DNA from: Heteronotia binoei
Taxonomy: Eukaryota
Length of the DNA: 64,000 bases
Assembly (NCBI RefSeq): GCF_032191835.1
Contig: NC_083227.1
Span: 41,540,001-41,604,000 of the forward strand
Direction of reading: 5' to 3'
Shown here: one piece after another, positions 23,013 to 36,000 of the stretch
How positions within the stretch are numbered: the stretch's first letter is position 1
Layout of the letters: every line of letters starts with the position of its first letter
The notes under the pieces: model-generated
The model's input: only the letters and a program-made list of their open reading frames with translations
Databases searched by the model: none
What the model was told of the DNA's origin: nothing
Program-made: the position numbers and the translations under genes

Positions 23013-23117
23013 GATCTTCAAGTTCTGAATCCAATGAGATTTTCCTTGTGGAAGATGATGAAGAACCTTGCATCCCAGAGCCCGGAAGAAGGGAGAACCC
23101 AAGAAGAGCCAATATGG
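23013..23117 (+). CDS. ZNF-B KRAB-B-like exon (SSSSESNEIFLVEDDEEPCIPEPGRRENPRRANM)
   Basis: Polypyrimidine acceptor ttctccaagcag|GA, donor ATG G|gtgagg, 105 nt, phase 1-1. LVEDDEEPCIPE resembles KRAB-B LEQGEEPWxPD. Confidence 0.75.
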
Positions 23118-23649
23118 GTGAGGAGCAGATCTCAGCTGTTTAGGCCAAGAATGCTAGAGAGGTGTAGAGGTCAGAGCATCAGACTAGGAAGACCTGCATT
23201 CAGATCCTCACTCAGCCATGCAAATCATTGGCTGACTAACAGGCAGAAGGCTGTTTGGCCCCTGAGAGGTAGAACAGCCACTCAGCTGTTTCACACCTGA
23301 ACCAATGGGAGTGCTGCTCTAGCATCCAGTCTTCTTTCAGAAGGGTGATGGGATGTTGGAGCACAGCAACTGGAAGTTGAGGGCTGCCTGAGGGATCATT
23401 TAGACAGAGAAGTCTTATAGCAAGGGAGCAGGCAATTTCCTGCATAGCTCTGCCTGGTAGTGCAGCAGACTGGTTTAACTCAATCTCTGGGTGAGGATAG
23501 AGTTGTGAAGCCTGGCTCTGGTGATGAATAGACCTGATAACTACAAGCTTTAAAAAGAATTGACCACATACTCTGTATATTGATAAATCTTCTTTGTTGT
23601 TTTATAAACCTCCCGCTTTGGTAATCTCTGTACCCTTCAGGCTCAAAGT

Positions 23650-24830
23650 TTACCTTGACTTCCAGAAAGCTTTTGATAAAGTTCCTCATCAAAGGCTCCT
23701 TAGAAAGCTCGAGACTCATGGAGTAAAAGGACAGGTCCTCTTGTGGATCAAAAACTGGCTAATTAATAGGAAGCAGAGAGTGAGTATAAATGGGCAGTCT
23801 TCGCAGTGGAGGATGGTAAACTGTGGGGTGCCGCAGGGCTCAGTACTGGGTCCCATCCTCTTTAACTTGTTCATAAATGATTTGGAGTTGGGAGTGAGCA
23901 GTGAAGTGGCCGAGTTTGCAGATGACACTAAATTGTTCAGGGTGGTGAGAACCAGAGAGGATTGTGAGGCACTCCAAAGGGATCTGTTGAGGCTGGGTGA
24001 GTGGGCGTCAACGTGGCAGATGAGGTTCAGTGTGGCCAAGTGCAAAGTAATGCACATTGGGACCAAGAATCTCAGCTACAAATACAAGTTGATGGGGTGT
24101 GAACTGGCAGAGATTGACCAAGAGAGAGATCTTGGGGTTGTGGTAGATAACTCACTGAAAATGTCAAGACAGTGTGCGATTGCAATAAAAAAGGCCAACA
24201 CCATGCTGGGAATTATTAGGAAGGGAACTGAAAACAAATCAGCCAGTATCATAATGCCCCTGTATAAATCGATGGTGCAGTCTCATTTGGAATACTGTGT
24301 GCAATTCTGGTCACCGCACCTCCAAAAGGATATTATAGCATTGGAAAAAGTCCAGAAAAGGGCAACTAGAAAGATTAAAGGTTTGGAACACTTTCCCTAT
24401 GAAGAAAGGTTAAAACGCTTAGGGCTCTTTAGCTTGGAGAAACGTTGGCTGCGGGGTGACATGATAGAGGTTTACAAGATAATGCATGGGATGGAGAAAG
24501 TAGAGAAAGAAGTACTTTTCTCCCTTTCTCACAATACAAGAACTCGTGGGCATTCAATGAAATTGCTGAGCAGTCAGGTTAAAACGGATAAAAAGAAGTA
24601 CTTCTTCACCCAAAGGGTCATTAACATGTCGTGGCGGCTACAAGCATAGAAATATGGAGCAGAGGTCCATCAGTGGCTATTAGCCACAGTGCGTATATAT
24701 ATATGTGTGTATGTGTGTGTGTGTATATATATACATATATAAATTTTTTTTTGGCCACTGTGTGACACAGAGTGTTGGACTGGATGGGCCATTGGCCTGA
24801 TCCAACATGGCTTCTCTTATGTTCTTAATG
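23650..24830 (+). mobile_element. 5'-truncated CR1 LINE with RT fragment and 3' tail
   Basis: ORF 23594..24649 contains GVPQGSVLGP and FADD motifs; tail cttctcttatgttctt. Confidence 0.95.
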
Positions 24831-25227
24831 CAAACTTACCTCACAGCAGTAACCCAAAGCCTTCACTTATTCTATGCTAAGAACATCTTGTAACTGAGGG
24901 GAAGGCTTATATTTCAACACCAAATAAGTTCCCCAGATGCATCAGAGAGGCAGTGTGGGACACCTCAATTTCAGGTTTGTGTGAGGAGAAAACAAAAGAG
25001 GAGTGAATCATGTACATCAGGGGTGTCAGACATGCTGTCCCGGGGGCCAAATCAGGCTCCCGGGAGAAAGTAGAGAAAGGAGTAGAGAAAGAAGACTGTC
25101 ATCTGCTTCCTTCTCCCTCTCTCGTTTCCTTCTGCATCACAGCTTGCTTTGTCTCCGTTGAGGAGGAAGGGGGGAGGCAGAGCTTGCTTTGCCAGGCTCT
25201 CTCAATCACACAGCAGAGCTACTGAGC

Positions 25228-25660
25228 CACGCTTAGGGCACTTTAGCTTGGAGAAACGTCGACTGCGGGGTGACATGATAGAGGTTTACAAGATAATGCA
25301 TGGGATGGAGAAAGTAGAGAAAAATACTTTTCTCCCTTTCTCACAATACAAGAACTCGTGGGCATTCCATGAAATTGCTGAGCAGAAAGGTTAAAACGGA
25401 TAAAAGGAAGTACTTCTTCACCCAAAGGGTGATTAAGATGTGGAATTCACTGCCACAGGAGGTGGTGGCGGCCACAAGCATAGCCACCTTCAAGAGGAGG
25501 TTAGATAAAAATATGGAGCAGAGGTCCATCAGTGGCTATTAGCCACAGTGTGTGTGTGTGTGTGTGTGTGTGTATTTGGCCGCTGTGTGACACAGAATGT
25601 TGGACTGGATGGGCCATTGGCCTGATCTAACATGGCTTCTCTTATGTTCTTATGTTCTTT
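25228..25660 (+). mobile_element. Short CR1 3' fragment inserted inside a hAT MITE (25018-25953)
   Basis: Near-identical to the 3' part of the 23650-24830 CR1; MITE sequence resumes after the tail. Confidence 0.9.
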
Positions 25661-26396
25661 TCCTTCAGTTGGCTGAGGCTCCTCCCCCTCCTGGTCCTCT
25701 GGGGAAGGAAGGAAAGAGCCAGAGCTCCCTTTGCCCAGTTCTGTGGATCACATGAGAGAGATACAAAGAAACACCTTTAAAACCAATGAGTGTTAATCTT
25801 TAATTGTGTATGTCTGTGTCCTTTATAAAGTTCATATCTCTGCTTCCTAATCTTAAATAGGTACACAGATGGCCTAGCCCAACATAGTCTGGCCCGACAA
25901 GGTCTCATTTATGTCAGATTCTGCCCTCATAACAAATGAGTTCGACATCCCTGAGTATATTGTCCTGAACTCCTCAGAAGAAGAGCAGGGTAAAATGTGA
26001 CAGACATCCACAGAATGATTGGATTATTTTCATTATGCAGTCCACCTAAGCTTGAAGTATATGCTCTCTTCCCACTTTATCAGATCCATGTCTACTGCGA
26101 GCATACATATATTCCCTTGGGCATAGAAATGGATGTCTTGAGAATTTTCTTGAGAACTTCATTCCACATCTGCCATAGAAATGAGTGTCTTCAGAATTTT
26201 AACTTACACAGTTCTGGGAGGAACCATGAGGCCTAAAAGCAGAAGTCTCAAATTAGGAAGAAATTAACCAGAACTTTTATACCATAATTATATACCATAT
26301 ACCTCAGTAAATATATGTCCTACCATCCGTTTGTTGCTGGCACTTTCAGTTCAGAGGTGATCATTTGCAGTGAATTGTCATGTCTGTGTCTTCTAG

Positions 26397-27928
26397 CAGG
26401 TGAAGGACTGGGTAGCGAGGAGGAGGAGGAGAGCGAGGAGGAAGATGTTCAACAGCGGGACGGTCCTAAGGTGGTACAGCTGGATGCCAGCATGGTTTCT
26501 GGGGAATGTAAGAGCCTTCGCTGGAGGGTGGTGCAGCAGGTTGGCAGCGGTGGCAAGGTACTGGCAGGAGAGGGGCCGCCCATCATGGTTCTGCAGAAAG
26601 GATACGAGTGCGAGGACTGCGGGAAGGTGTTCAGTTGCAGCTCGCACTACAGCAAGCACCGGCGCACACACACGGGGGAGCGCCCCTTCCGTTGCGGAGA
26701 GTGCGGCAAGAGCTTCAATGTCAGCTCCAACCTGTACAGGCACCAGAGGGCCCACGCCAATGCTAACGCTGCCCCAGTCACTCCCACAGCCTCCCTGATG
26801 CCCTCCCGTGGCCTGCCTTACCAGTGTGCTGACTGTGGCCAGTGCTTCCGCCGCAACACAGAGCTGGTAACGCACCAGCGGCTTCACACCGGTCGCCTGC
26901 CTTTCCAATGCAGCGACTGTGGCAAGAGCTTTTCGTGGAGTTCACACTTTGCCCGGCATCTGCGGATCCACACTGGGGAGAAGCCCTACCCGTGCAACGA
27001 GTGCGGCAAGCGCTTCAGCCGCAGCTCCCATCTCTACCGGCACCAGCGCACCCATGGCACCAATGCTGCTGCTAACGTCACCCGTGCCTACATCTGCACT
27101 TACTGCGGGCGCAGTTTCAGCACCACACTGCACTTCGACCAGCACCAGCGGACCCACCGTGGCCGCAAACCCTACAAGTGCACCCTCTGTGGCAAGGCTT
27201 TTGCTGATGGTTTAGCCTTGGTGAAACACCAACGTTTGCACTTAATGGGTGGAGATCAACACCACCAGTGTTCAGAGTGTGGGCAAAGCTTTGGAGGGCG
27301 GTCGCAGCTGGCTCGCCACCGTCGGCTCCATGGCACTGCTGACAAGCCCTACGGGTGTGGCGAGTGCGGGCAAAGCTTTGGTGCTCGAACCCAGTTGGCC
27401 CAGCACCGACGCCTGCACATTTCTGCTGACAAGCCATATCACTGTGGAGAGTGTGGGCTGAGCTTCACATGGAGCTCACATTGGGAACGGCATCGGCGCA
27501 TTCATACTGGGGAAAGACCGTATTCTTGTGGGGACTGTGGAAAGCGCTTTGGGCGCACCTCTCACCTCTACAGGCACCAGCGCACCCATGCTGGCGGCCA
27601 GCCTCATGTCTGTCCGGACTGCGGTAAGAGCTTCAACAGCACCTTGCACTTCCAGCGTCACCAGCACGCCCACCACCTCGACTCAGATGGTGCTCAACTC
27701 TCTGCCCACACTTGCAGGGACTGTGGCAAGCCCTGCACTGATGCATCAGCCCTGCTTAAGCACCAGTGCATGCATACAGATGACAGGCCATATCCTTGCC
27801 CCCAATGTGGGCGCCGCTTTCGTGGCACTGCGTATCTCTACAGGCACTTACGCAGCCATGCTCACCAGGTGGAAGAGACTATGCTCATACCAACGTCTAG
27901 AAAGTGTGAGGATATTGTACCATGCTAA
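26397..27928 (+). CDS. ZNF-B terminal exon, 14 C2H2 fingers
   Basis: ORF 26315..27928 carries the C2H2 array. Acceptor tgtcttctag|CA GGT (tandem alternative at 26400). Stop TAA at 27926-27928. Confidence 0.95.
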
Positions 27929-29806
27929 GGAGCCAGAAAGGCCCTACCTAATCCTAAAGAGCATTAGGCCCCATGTGGGGAACCCCATCCCTAGCTGGCA
28001 GACATTCAGAGCTCCTGTCAAGAAGAGTTCCCTGGGGATATGAGCCCAGTCCAAAGCCCATCAGGGGCTGCTCCTGTCCAAATATGTTCTCTGGCCCAAT
28101 GTTTCTTTTAAATTTTGGAGCTATAAAGGAGGTAAAATGACATCTTTTAGGAACAATTTAGGTTGGCAAGGCTTCAGGTGAACTTTTTAGTAGGTCCATT
28201 TTTCCTTATGTCAGGTCCCATGAAAGACAAAAACTTTCTCATTCCTTTGCTTATCTCATTTGTCCCCCTTTGTAACAGCTGTCTTTTGGGATGGCAATAG
28301 AATCTTCTCAGTTTCTGACGGTAGGCCGCATTCTCTGAGGGGCCCTGTCTGTCCACAAGACTTGGATTCTGAGTAACAAACTGGCCTTGTAGAAATGGTT
28401 TTGGACAATGTTATGAATACATCTATATTGTAGGCCCAGAAAACAGTCACATAGCAAAGAAAGAATGGCAAACAATCCTGCATCAAAGAAACAAAGGTTC
28501 TATATAGAATACATAGTGGAAATCCATATACACTTCTTAAAAATGCTTAATTTGCATAAATTATTCTGATTGGAGAATTCATCATGTTTTAGGCCTGGTC
28601 TACTAATGCAGCAAAATGAGAAGATAAGAATCTGGAAGTATAGAGGAGACTGTACCACTTCAGACCACAGGTGGGCAGAGGATTCCCTTTTTCAATGCTC
28701 CCCCACAAAATAAAATGCCCATCAGTACTCTGATACCTAGCACTTCATAGAGAAAAGCTCAGAATTTGCCTGTTCCCTACTGTCCTAGTGGTCTACTTGA
28801 AGACTATCTTTTAGGGAGAGAAGCCTGCAGTTCTCCAGCTGAAGTGATAAAACTCAATTCTATGCTCACCTCAGTATTATCCTCATTACTACTGCAGCAT
28901 GTGTAGAGCAGGTCTTTCACAAGGACTGGAAGCAGAATAAGGCTAGAAAGGAAGGGCTAACCTGGCTGTTTCTTGGAAGAAGTGGGAGGCTCAACTCTGA
29001 GGAGAAATCATCAGGTCTTCCCTTTAATGTCTCTTACCTCATTGCCCCATTTACAGAGAAAATCTGATAACATGTTGACAAAAGTTAGTATGTTATGCCC
29101 TTCAAGGAGCTCAGTATGACATAAATTTTCTCCCTCCATTTTACTCTGATAAGACACTGTTAGGGCAAGAGAGTACAACCTGCACAAAGTTACTCAGTGA
29201 GTTTCATGGCAAAGAGGGGGATTAGAACCTGGCTGTTTATGGCACTAATCCAGCTCTAAATAGTACACTACACTCGTTTATCGTGCTTTACATAACTCTT
29301 TCCCCCTATTCCAATACTATAGACCTGTGTCATGTTTTTCTTTCAGCCTCATGCTGCCATTTTGGTTTTGCAAACCTCTTGTACATTTAGGGGAGGCATG
29401 ACATGAAGAAATTCAATAGGTGACGCCTTTGACACTACTGCAACTCCCTGGAAAGTTTTGCCTGTTGAAATACTAAACTATGCCTCCCAGGTAGCCATGC
29501 TGTCTGCAAAAAGGAGAATTAACCTGCCCTCCTGTTCTCAGTTCCTTGGTGTAATGTTTCAGATTCTGCAAAACCCAAAAATCAAAATAATTTATGCCAA
29601 GGTCTTCTCAATGTGTGGAATACTTTGACTTTACATTTGGGCCTGAGATTTGCCCCGCTTGTCTGCTCGTGCAACAGAAGGTCATAAACAGCTGAATGGA
29701 CTACACTTCAGACTGTCAGATCATATTTTATAACGCCCCTCAAGTTAAAGAAAAAAAATCCCTACCAGTAGAAAGTCAGCATCACAAGCAAAACATTGGG
29801 TTAGAA

Positions 29807-30390
29807 CAGGGGTGGGGAACCTTTTTTCTGCCAAGAGCCATATGAATATTTATTACATCATTTGCGGGCCATACAAAACTATCAACTTAAAAAATAGTGC
29901 TCTGCCGAGGGAGAATGATTCAGGCCAGCAAAATTAATACAAATGATTGTTTTTCTATTGGAAGTCATATGGGGAGAGCTTAATCTGGCACATACACGCA
30001 CACACACATGGCCTGCCGCCCTAGGCAAACTCAGTAGCATATTAGACCACATCCCCTAATAGAAGCATATTAGGTCACACACTCATTAGCATATTAGGCC
30101 ACACCATCTGGGATAATCAAGTGTAAACTGAACTGTGATAGTAACTTTTCCAGGCCTCGCAGCAATTCTGGTCAGCTAGCCAGGCCCCAGGGAGGCTGCT
30201 GCACAGTACATCTGGGCCCTGTGATCCCTGCCTGACCCTGGGGAGGCTGCTGCAGTGTGGCTGGACCCCACAATTCTCGCTGGCCAGCCGGTCCCCAGGG
30301 AGGCTGCCACATGGCTTGGTTTGGCCCAGCAATCCCCTAGGGCCACACCAAGCGACCTCGAGGGCCGTATACGGAGGTTCCCCACCCCTG
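29807..30390. mobile_element. hAT (Charlie-type) MITE with perfect 16-bp TIR and 8-bp TSD
   Basis: caggggtggggaacct / aggttccccacccctg, flanked by ggttagaa on both sides. Confidence 0.92.
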
Positions 30391-33300
30391 GGTTAGAACC
30401 TTTCTCCCTGTTCTGCTTGCTCTCTGGTTGCAAGTAGGGTTTTAACTTGTGAGAACAATCACATATGGTATCTACTCCCTATAGTCAGGAGTGGTACAGT
30501 CCTCTCACAACCTCCTTTTTGTCTCATTCTGAAGCATCTGTCTGTAGGAATTTTAGGGAAACCTACATTTCATCATTCAATCTTGTTCGTTTTACAGACA
30601 GCACTGTCTCTAAACATTAAATATATATATATATTTCTGCCTGTAGATTTGGGGCCAGTTTATACAATCAGCAGAATCAAGCGGTAAGGAGCATCCTAGG
30701 CTGCACCAATTTAGGCCACAAATAGGAGGCTGCCTGTTTAAATATTCCCCCCACCCCGATGATACTCCCAGTAAATAAAAAGTAAGCATATCAGAGAGAA
30801 ATATTCTTTCTGCCTTGCATGTTAATGTTCTGTGTGATTTCTGTGTTAAGGACATGGACTCTCCCCTGCCCTATCCAGGAAGCCAGGAAAACCTTGATTA
30901 TGCTGATTGTATGATTAGCTTAGTCACCTTGTGGGCCTATAAGGGCAGAAATATCAAACTAAATTCAGACGTAGTATATATATTGTGCAAACTGAAACGA
31001 TGCTTTGTACTGAGTCTGAGTATTGGCCAGTTTAGGGCAACAGTGTCTAATCTGACTCTTCAAACATATTTCTGCCATTTTCCTTCAGCAGAAGAGTTTG
31101 TGGTTGAAGCAGAGCCTTCTAAGAACAAAGAACATGTGATGTGACTAAGCAATGGTTTTGGGCCAGATAGCATGTTTCTGGGCACCCTGGGTCAGAGAGC
31201 AGACTTTTGTAAACGGGCTTTGGATTGGGTTGTGGGGAGGTGAGTAGATTAGACGGGTAGATTAAATAGCAGAGTAGAGCAGGATGGTGTATTAGCAAGG
31301 GATCAGATGTAATGTGGAGCAGAGAGTTAACTATGAGAGGTATTTGGGGATGTTTTCTGGTGACCCCCATTGCCAATCATAGACACATACACCACCAACC
31401 TCCTGAAGCAGGTTTCCTATTTTACTGTTATGAAGAGGAATGGGCTCTGTTGGAAATCATGGCAGGAATATCACCATCCCTTAGTGCCTCAGAGCTGGGA
31501 ACTCCAGTTCTCTAGGGCGGAGCCAGCTACAAGAACCAGGGAAGTGTCTAGCTACAAAACCAAGAAGGTACTTTTTAATGTGGGATGACCCAAGATGAAG
31601 ACTGCTTTCACAGGATACCCCGGGCTTGTCTTATATTCAGAAGGTGGTGTGTTCTGTTTCGTTTCAAATTTTTGCCACCTACACAATGATTTCACATTTT
31701 GTGCGTTCAGGATATTAACATTTTGCCCTTCCCTCAGCAGCTCCCTGCTCATTTTTTCCCAGACCACCTCTGAACATTTCGCTTCTTCCTGGTGTACCCT
31801 GAGCTGGCTGAATGTTGTAGGTCCTGTTTGCTCTAGTGGCTAGAGGTTTTTTTTAATGTTAGAGAAGCCACTGGAATATGTAAGGCAACTAAACCCTTGG
31901 AGGCCAGTTTCAGACATTGTACATGTCATACTTGAATGCATCAGTGTCCAAACAAAAAAGTAAAAGCCCAGTTTCAAATGTCCAGCAGTGATTTGATCAC
32001 ATCCTTCTCTGTTTCCAAGGAGCAACCTGGCACATCTGTCTCCTGCTTCCAAGAAGAGACCTGGTGATCACACTGTCCTCTGCCCCTTCTTTCTGGACGT
32101 CCTGCCAATCTGACTTAATAGTATGCTATTGTCAGCACAAAGAAAGGAGGTAGCCTTGTATACTTGCCTGGCAGCCATAAGATACATTCCTCAACCACTT
32201 CAAGGCCAACCAGCAATTGACTGGGCAGCATCTTTTCACAGTGCTTCTCTTCCCACCTTTCCATTGGATAAAATGGCCAGTGAGAGTGAAGGGTAATGAT
32301 AGCAGGGCTCAGACTGCCTCTGCTTGACAGCTGGTTTTACAGCCTCCTCAAGGTCCTAGAAATCTAGATAGATGTCTCCCAACTCTGAGAAGTGGTCCAG
32401 CCTTCTAATAGATGTTGGGAATGAGAAAAAAAAAAAAATGGTGGCTTGCTAATTGTGCCCACTACCAGGGATTCAAGGTCAAACTAGACATTCCTGCTGA
32501 CATGAGTCAGGTCAGGGTTTCGCTAACCCAATTGCGTTCTTTTTACAGATGACATCATGTCAGGAGACTACCATTCTCAAGTGCTTTGGGACTTAATTCA
32601 GCACAGGAGTGTGGTGAAGGGGGAGGAGGGGCTTCAGCCTTTCCTACCATGCCATTTTTTCAAGCTGAAATGGCTATGGGGGCCCCACTTGTCCCACTTA
32701 AAAAACTAAAGGAACACAGTTGGGTTGGGGGAACCAGGACCCAACTCATGTCAGAGGTAACATTTAGTTTAGCCCTCCGTTGCTCCCTATGGTAACACCA
32801 GTGGTTGTTTATTGGGAATTTGGTGGTCATTGTCCTGAAAGATTTCTGTCTTTCTGATCCAGCTGTGTCTGAAGTGAGCAGGAATTTGTGTGTGTTGTGA
32901 ATCCAATAGATTAGGGAATTAAAAAAATATATATTAAAAAACGTTTTGTGTTCACTGCTATTTTTCTCTCAGTCTCTCAAGTTTAACTTGCCTCTCAAAA
33001 AAAGATAATGGCTTAGAGTAAAGGCACTGGCCTGGGTTGTAGTGTTTAACAAGAACAAAGCAGGGCTTTTTTTGTAGCAGGAATTCCTTTGCATATTAGC
33101 CCACCCACCCCTGATGTAGCCAATCCTCCAAGAGCTTACAGGCCTCTTCGTACAGGGCCTACTGTAAGCTCCAGGAGGACTGGCTACATCAGGGGTGTGT
33201 GGCCTAATATGCAAAGGAGTTCCTGCTACAAAAAAAGCCCTGAATAAAAATATCATAGATTGGGGTGTCAAACATGTGGCCTGTTAAACAAAATATTGCA

Positions 33301-34154
33301 AGAGTGCTAATCTTTTAAGCATATTTTAAGTTTTTTAAAAAAATCTTCAATTGTGTTTGTTTGTGTCCTTATTTTGAAGTTCACATCTCTGCTAGCTGGC
33401 ATCACATTTTATGGCACACATGGCCCGGCCCAACAAGGTCTCATTTATGTCAGATCTGGCCCTCATAACAAATGAGTTTGATATCCCTGATCTGGATCTT
33501 TTATGAGTCAAGTAAAATGGATGGGGACCTGCCTGGGTATTACTTTGTACCCAGTCCTATAGCCCAGTGCACAGAAGGAGATCATAGACAACATGGTATT
33601 TTGTAATCAGTTGTATAGTTCCCAGACTGTTAGGCATGAAGGCAGCAACTCCATTCAGGTACCATCCTACAAATTCCCAATTTATTTAAGTTATTTTCAT
33701 GTAGAAAGTGAAGCTGAATTACAAAATTATAAAAGAGGAAGTCCCCCCTCCACTAAATATATTATGTACAATGACCAATGGAATACAACTGAGTTACACA
33801 AATTAAAAGATGAAGGTACCAAGGGGACAAAAACTTCCATGGTTAGGCACCTCACCTCTCCTATCCCAGAGAGTACTTTCCTATTAGTAGCACAGAAGAA
33901 ATTCATCATGATAGGTCTGTTTTTCCATAGGTTTACATCAATCAATAGTTGCTTAGGAAAGTCTTTCTTGATCCTGTACAAGTAGCATCCCTCCAATCAA
34001 AATCACTTTAGCTGAGCTAATAGTGAGCGCTTTCATTTTCTGTCATCTCCTCCAGTTGCTGGGCGTGCAAATTAGAATCTCTTTAAGCCCATAAGCGACA
34101 GAGCTAGTGAATATACCAGAACATGAGGTTGTTGTGCTTTGGTCACATCATGTG

Positions 34155-34345
34155 AAGACAAGACTCACAAGAAGACAATCATGCTAGGACAAGTTGAAGG
34201 CAGCAAGAAAAGAGGAAGACCCAACATGAGATGGATTGACCTAATAAAGGCAGCCACAGCCCTTCATTTGCAAGACTGGAGCAAGGCTGTTTTGGAGGTC
34301 ATTAATTCATAGGGTCACCATAGGTCAGAAGCAATTTGAAAGCAA
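34155..34345 (+). mobile_element. RTE/Bov-B LINE 3' fragment
   Basis: atgctaggacaagttgaaggcagcaagaaaagaggaagacccaacatgagatggattgac is typical of the RTE 3' end. Confidence 0.7.
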
Positions 34346-34919
34346 AGGAAACATACACTGTAAGGGCCAAGCCAAACGTGTTAGTAGTTGCATGTCAGGA
34401 GATCCTGGTGATTTTTTAAAAAATTGATTATAAGGCACACCAGGGGCCAATTTGAATAGGATCTATGGTACTGAGTAGAGATTGATTCTTCCCCCACAAT
34501 CCATTCTTCTGACCAGAAATGGCCCCTCTGTTTGCTGAGCAGAGGTAACCCTAAGTTTAACCCAACAGGGCAAATAACAGTTCCCTATCCTGGTATGACC
34601 TTAAATTTAGTATTTTTGACAACCTGTCAATTAATCCTGCTTGACTGCAACTTTTTATCCAGCCTTCTTGGTCATGCTTTTAGAAGCAGTTTGATGGGCA
34701 AACATTGCTTGCTTAGGGCACAAGAGCAGCCCAGATCCTGTGTTTTCCAGATCAGTTCATTTCACAGGAGCAACATAGCTTGTAGTTGTTAACAGCTTGT
34801 ACACAGCATTTATGTTAGATTTTGCAGGAGAAACCCAAATAACTGCCAGTTTTTAAGCTAGATACTTCTCCAACATCCCTGGTAGGGTTTTCCAGTTCTG
34901 GATTGGGAAATACCAAATA

Positions 34920-35145
34920 TGGAGATAAGGTCCATCAGTGGCTATTAGCCACAGCTTATTGTTGAAACTCTGTCTGGGGCAGTGATGCTCTGTATTCTTG
35001 TGCTTGGGGGGGGGCACAGTGGAAGGGCTTCTAGCTCCACTGGAGGACCTCTTGATGGCACTTGGGTTTTCTGGCCACTGTGTGACACAGAGTGTTGGAC
35101 TGGATGGGCCACTGGCCTGATCCAACATGGCTTCTCATGTTCTTA
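34920..35145 (+). mobile_element. CR1 3'UTR fragment
   Basis: aggtccatcagtggctattagccacag...gtgtgacacagagtgttggactggatgggcc tail. Confidence 0.85.
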
Positions 35146-35439
35146 ATACCTGGAGATTGTGAAGCTGGAGCCTGAGGAGGGCAGGGTTTGAGGAGGGAGG
35201 GACTTCAATGAGTCCACCTTCCAAAGCGGCCATTTTCTCCATGTAAACTGATCTCCATCTCCTGGAAATCAGTGGTAATCCCGGGAGATCTCCAGGCACT
35301 ACCTGGAGGCTGGCATTACTATTACCTGGACACATCTTTTTATCTCCTATACCATCCACCCATTTTCTTTCAGTGAACGTCCAACCTGATGAAGAGGTCT
35401 ATAGAACTCAAAAACTTGCTCGCTGTCTGGGTTGGTGAT

Positions 35440-36000
35440 TTTTGACGGCCCAGCGCGGCTGTCTGCCGGCCGCCAGCGTCCATGAGGCTGCCGGGGATGC
35501 TTTATGGATGGAGTAGGAAATTCCGGGAAGCCAGCAGAGGGCCCTGGCTGCGGCTGATCAGCCAAGGGGGCTTTGCTGTCTTTCCCCTGCTTCTTTCTGC
35601 CGGCTGCATCCGGGGTTGAGCTTCCTGGGTCAGAAAGCTGCTGCTGAATCCATAGGGACCCGGGCGTCCCCCGCCCCCTACAGAGCAGCCGCCGATGCCC
35701 CCAAGGGAACGCCGCTCCGCACCAGGGGTCTCCCGCGCCCGGCCGTGGTGGGGGACCGGATCCGGCTGGGAACCCCCCGCACTGGCCCGCCCCGGGTGAG
35801 GAGGAGGAGGCGGCGGCGGCGGCGGCAACCCCGGGGTCTCAAACTATTAACCCGGGAGCAGCCGGAAACGCCAGGGATTTGAAAGAGAAGGGTAAATAAA
35901 AGAACTCAATCCATTATCTCAAAAGGGGGGAAGACTTCATCCCCCTGGAAGAATCAGCAGAAAGGGACGGATCAAGGCTGCCGCCTCCGGCAAACTCACC
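35440..36000 (+). promoter_or_regulatory. CpG island; probable promoter and first exon of ZNF-C (candidate donor at 35891/35892)
   Basis: GC/CpG-rich block upstream of the ZNF-C exons, with donor-like GAAAGAGAAGG|gtaaat. Confidence 0.65.

Noticed and set aside
23594-24649. 351-aa reverse transcriptase ORF as a host or domesticated gene
   Set aside because: A 5'-truncated CR1 copy with no endonuclease domain, a 3' deletion and near-identical copies elsewhere in the window.
31405-31460. Possible KRAB-A relic (YFT-frameshift-EEEWALLE)
   Set aside because: Only about 11 matching residues with a frameshift, no downstream QxxLY/ENY and no usable donor; may be chance.
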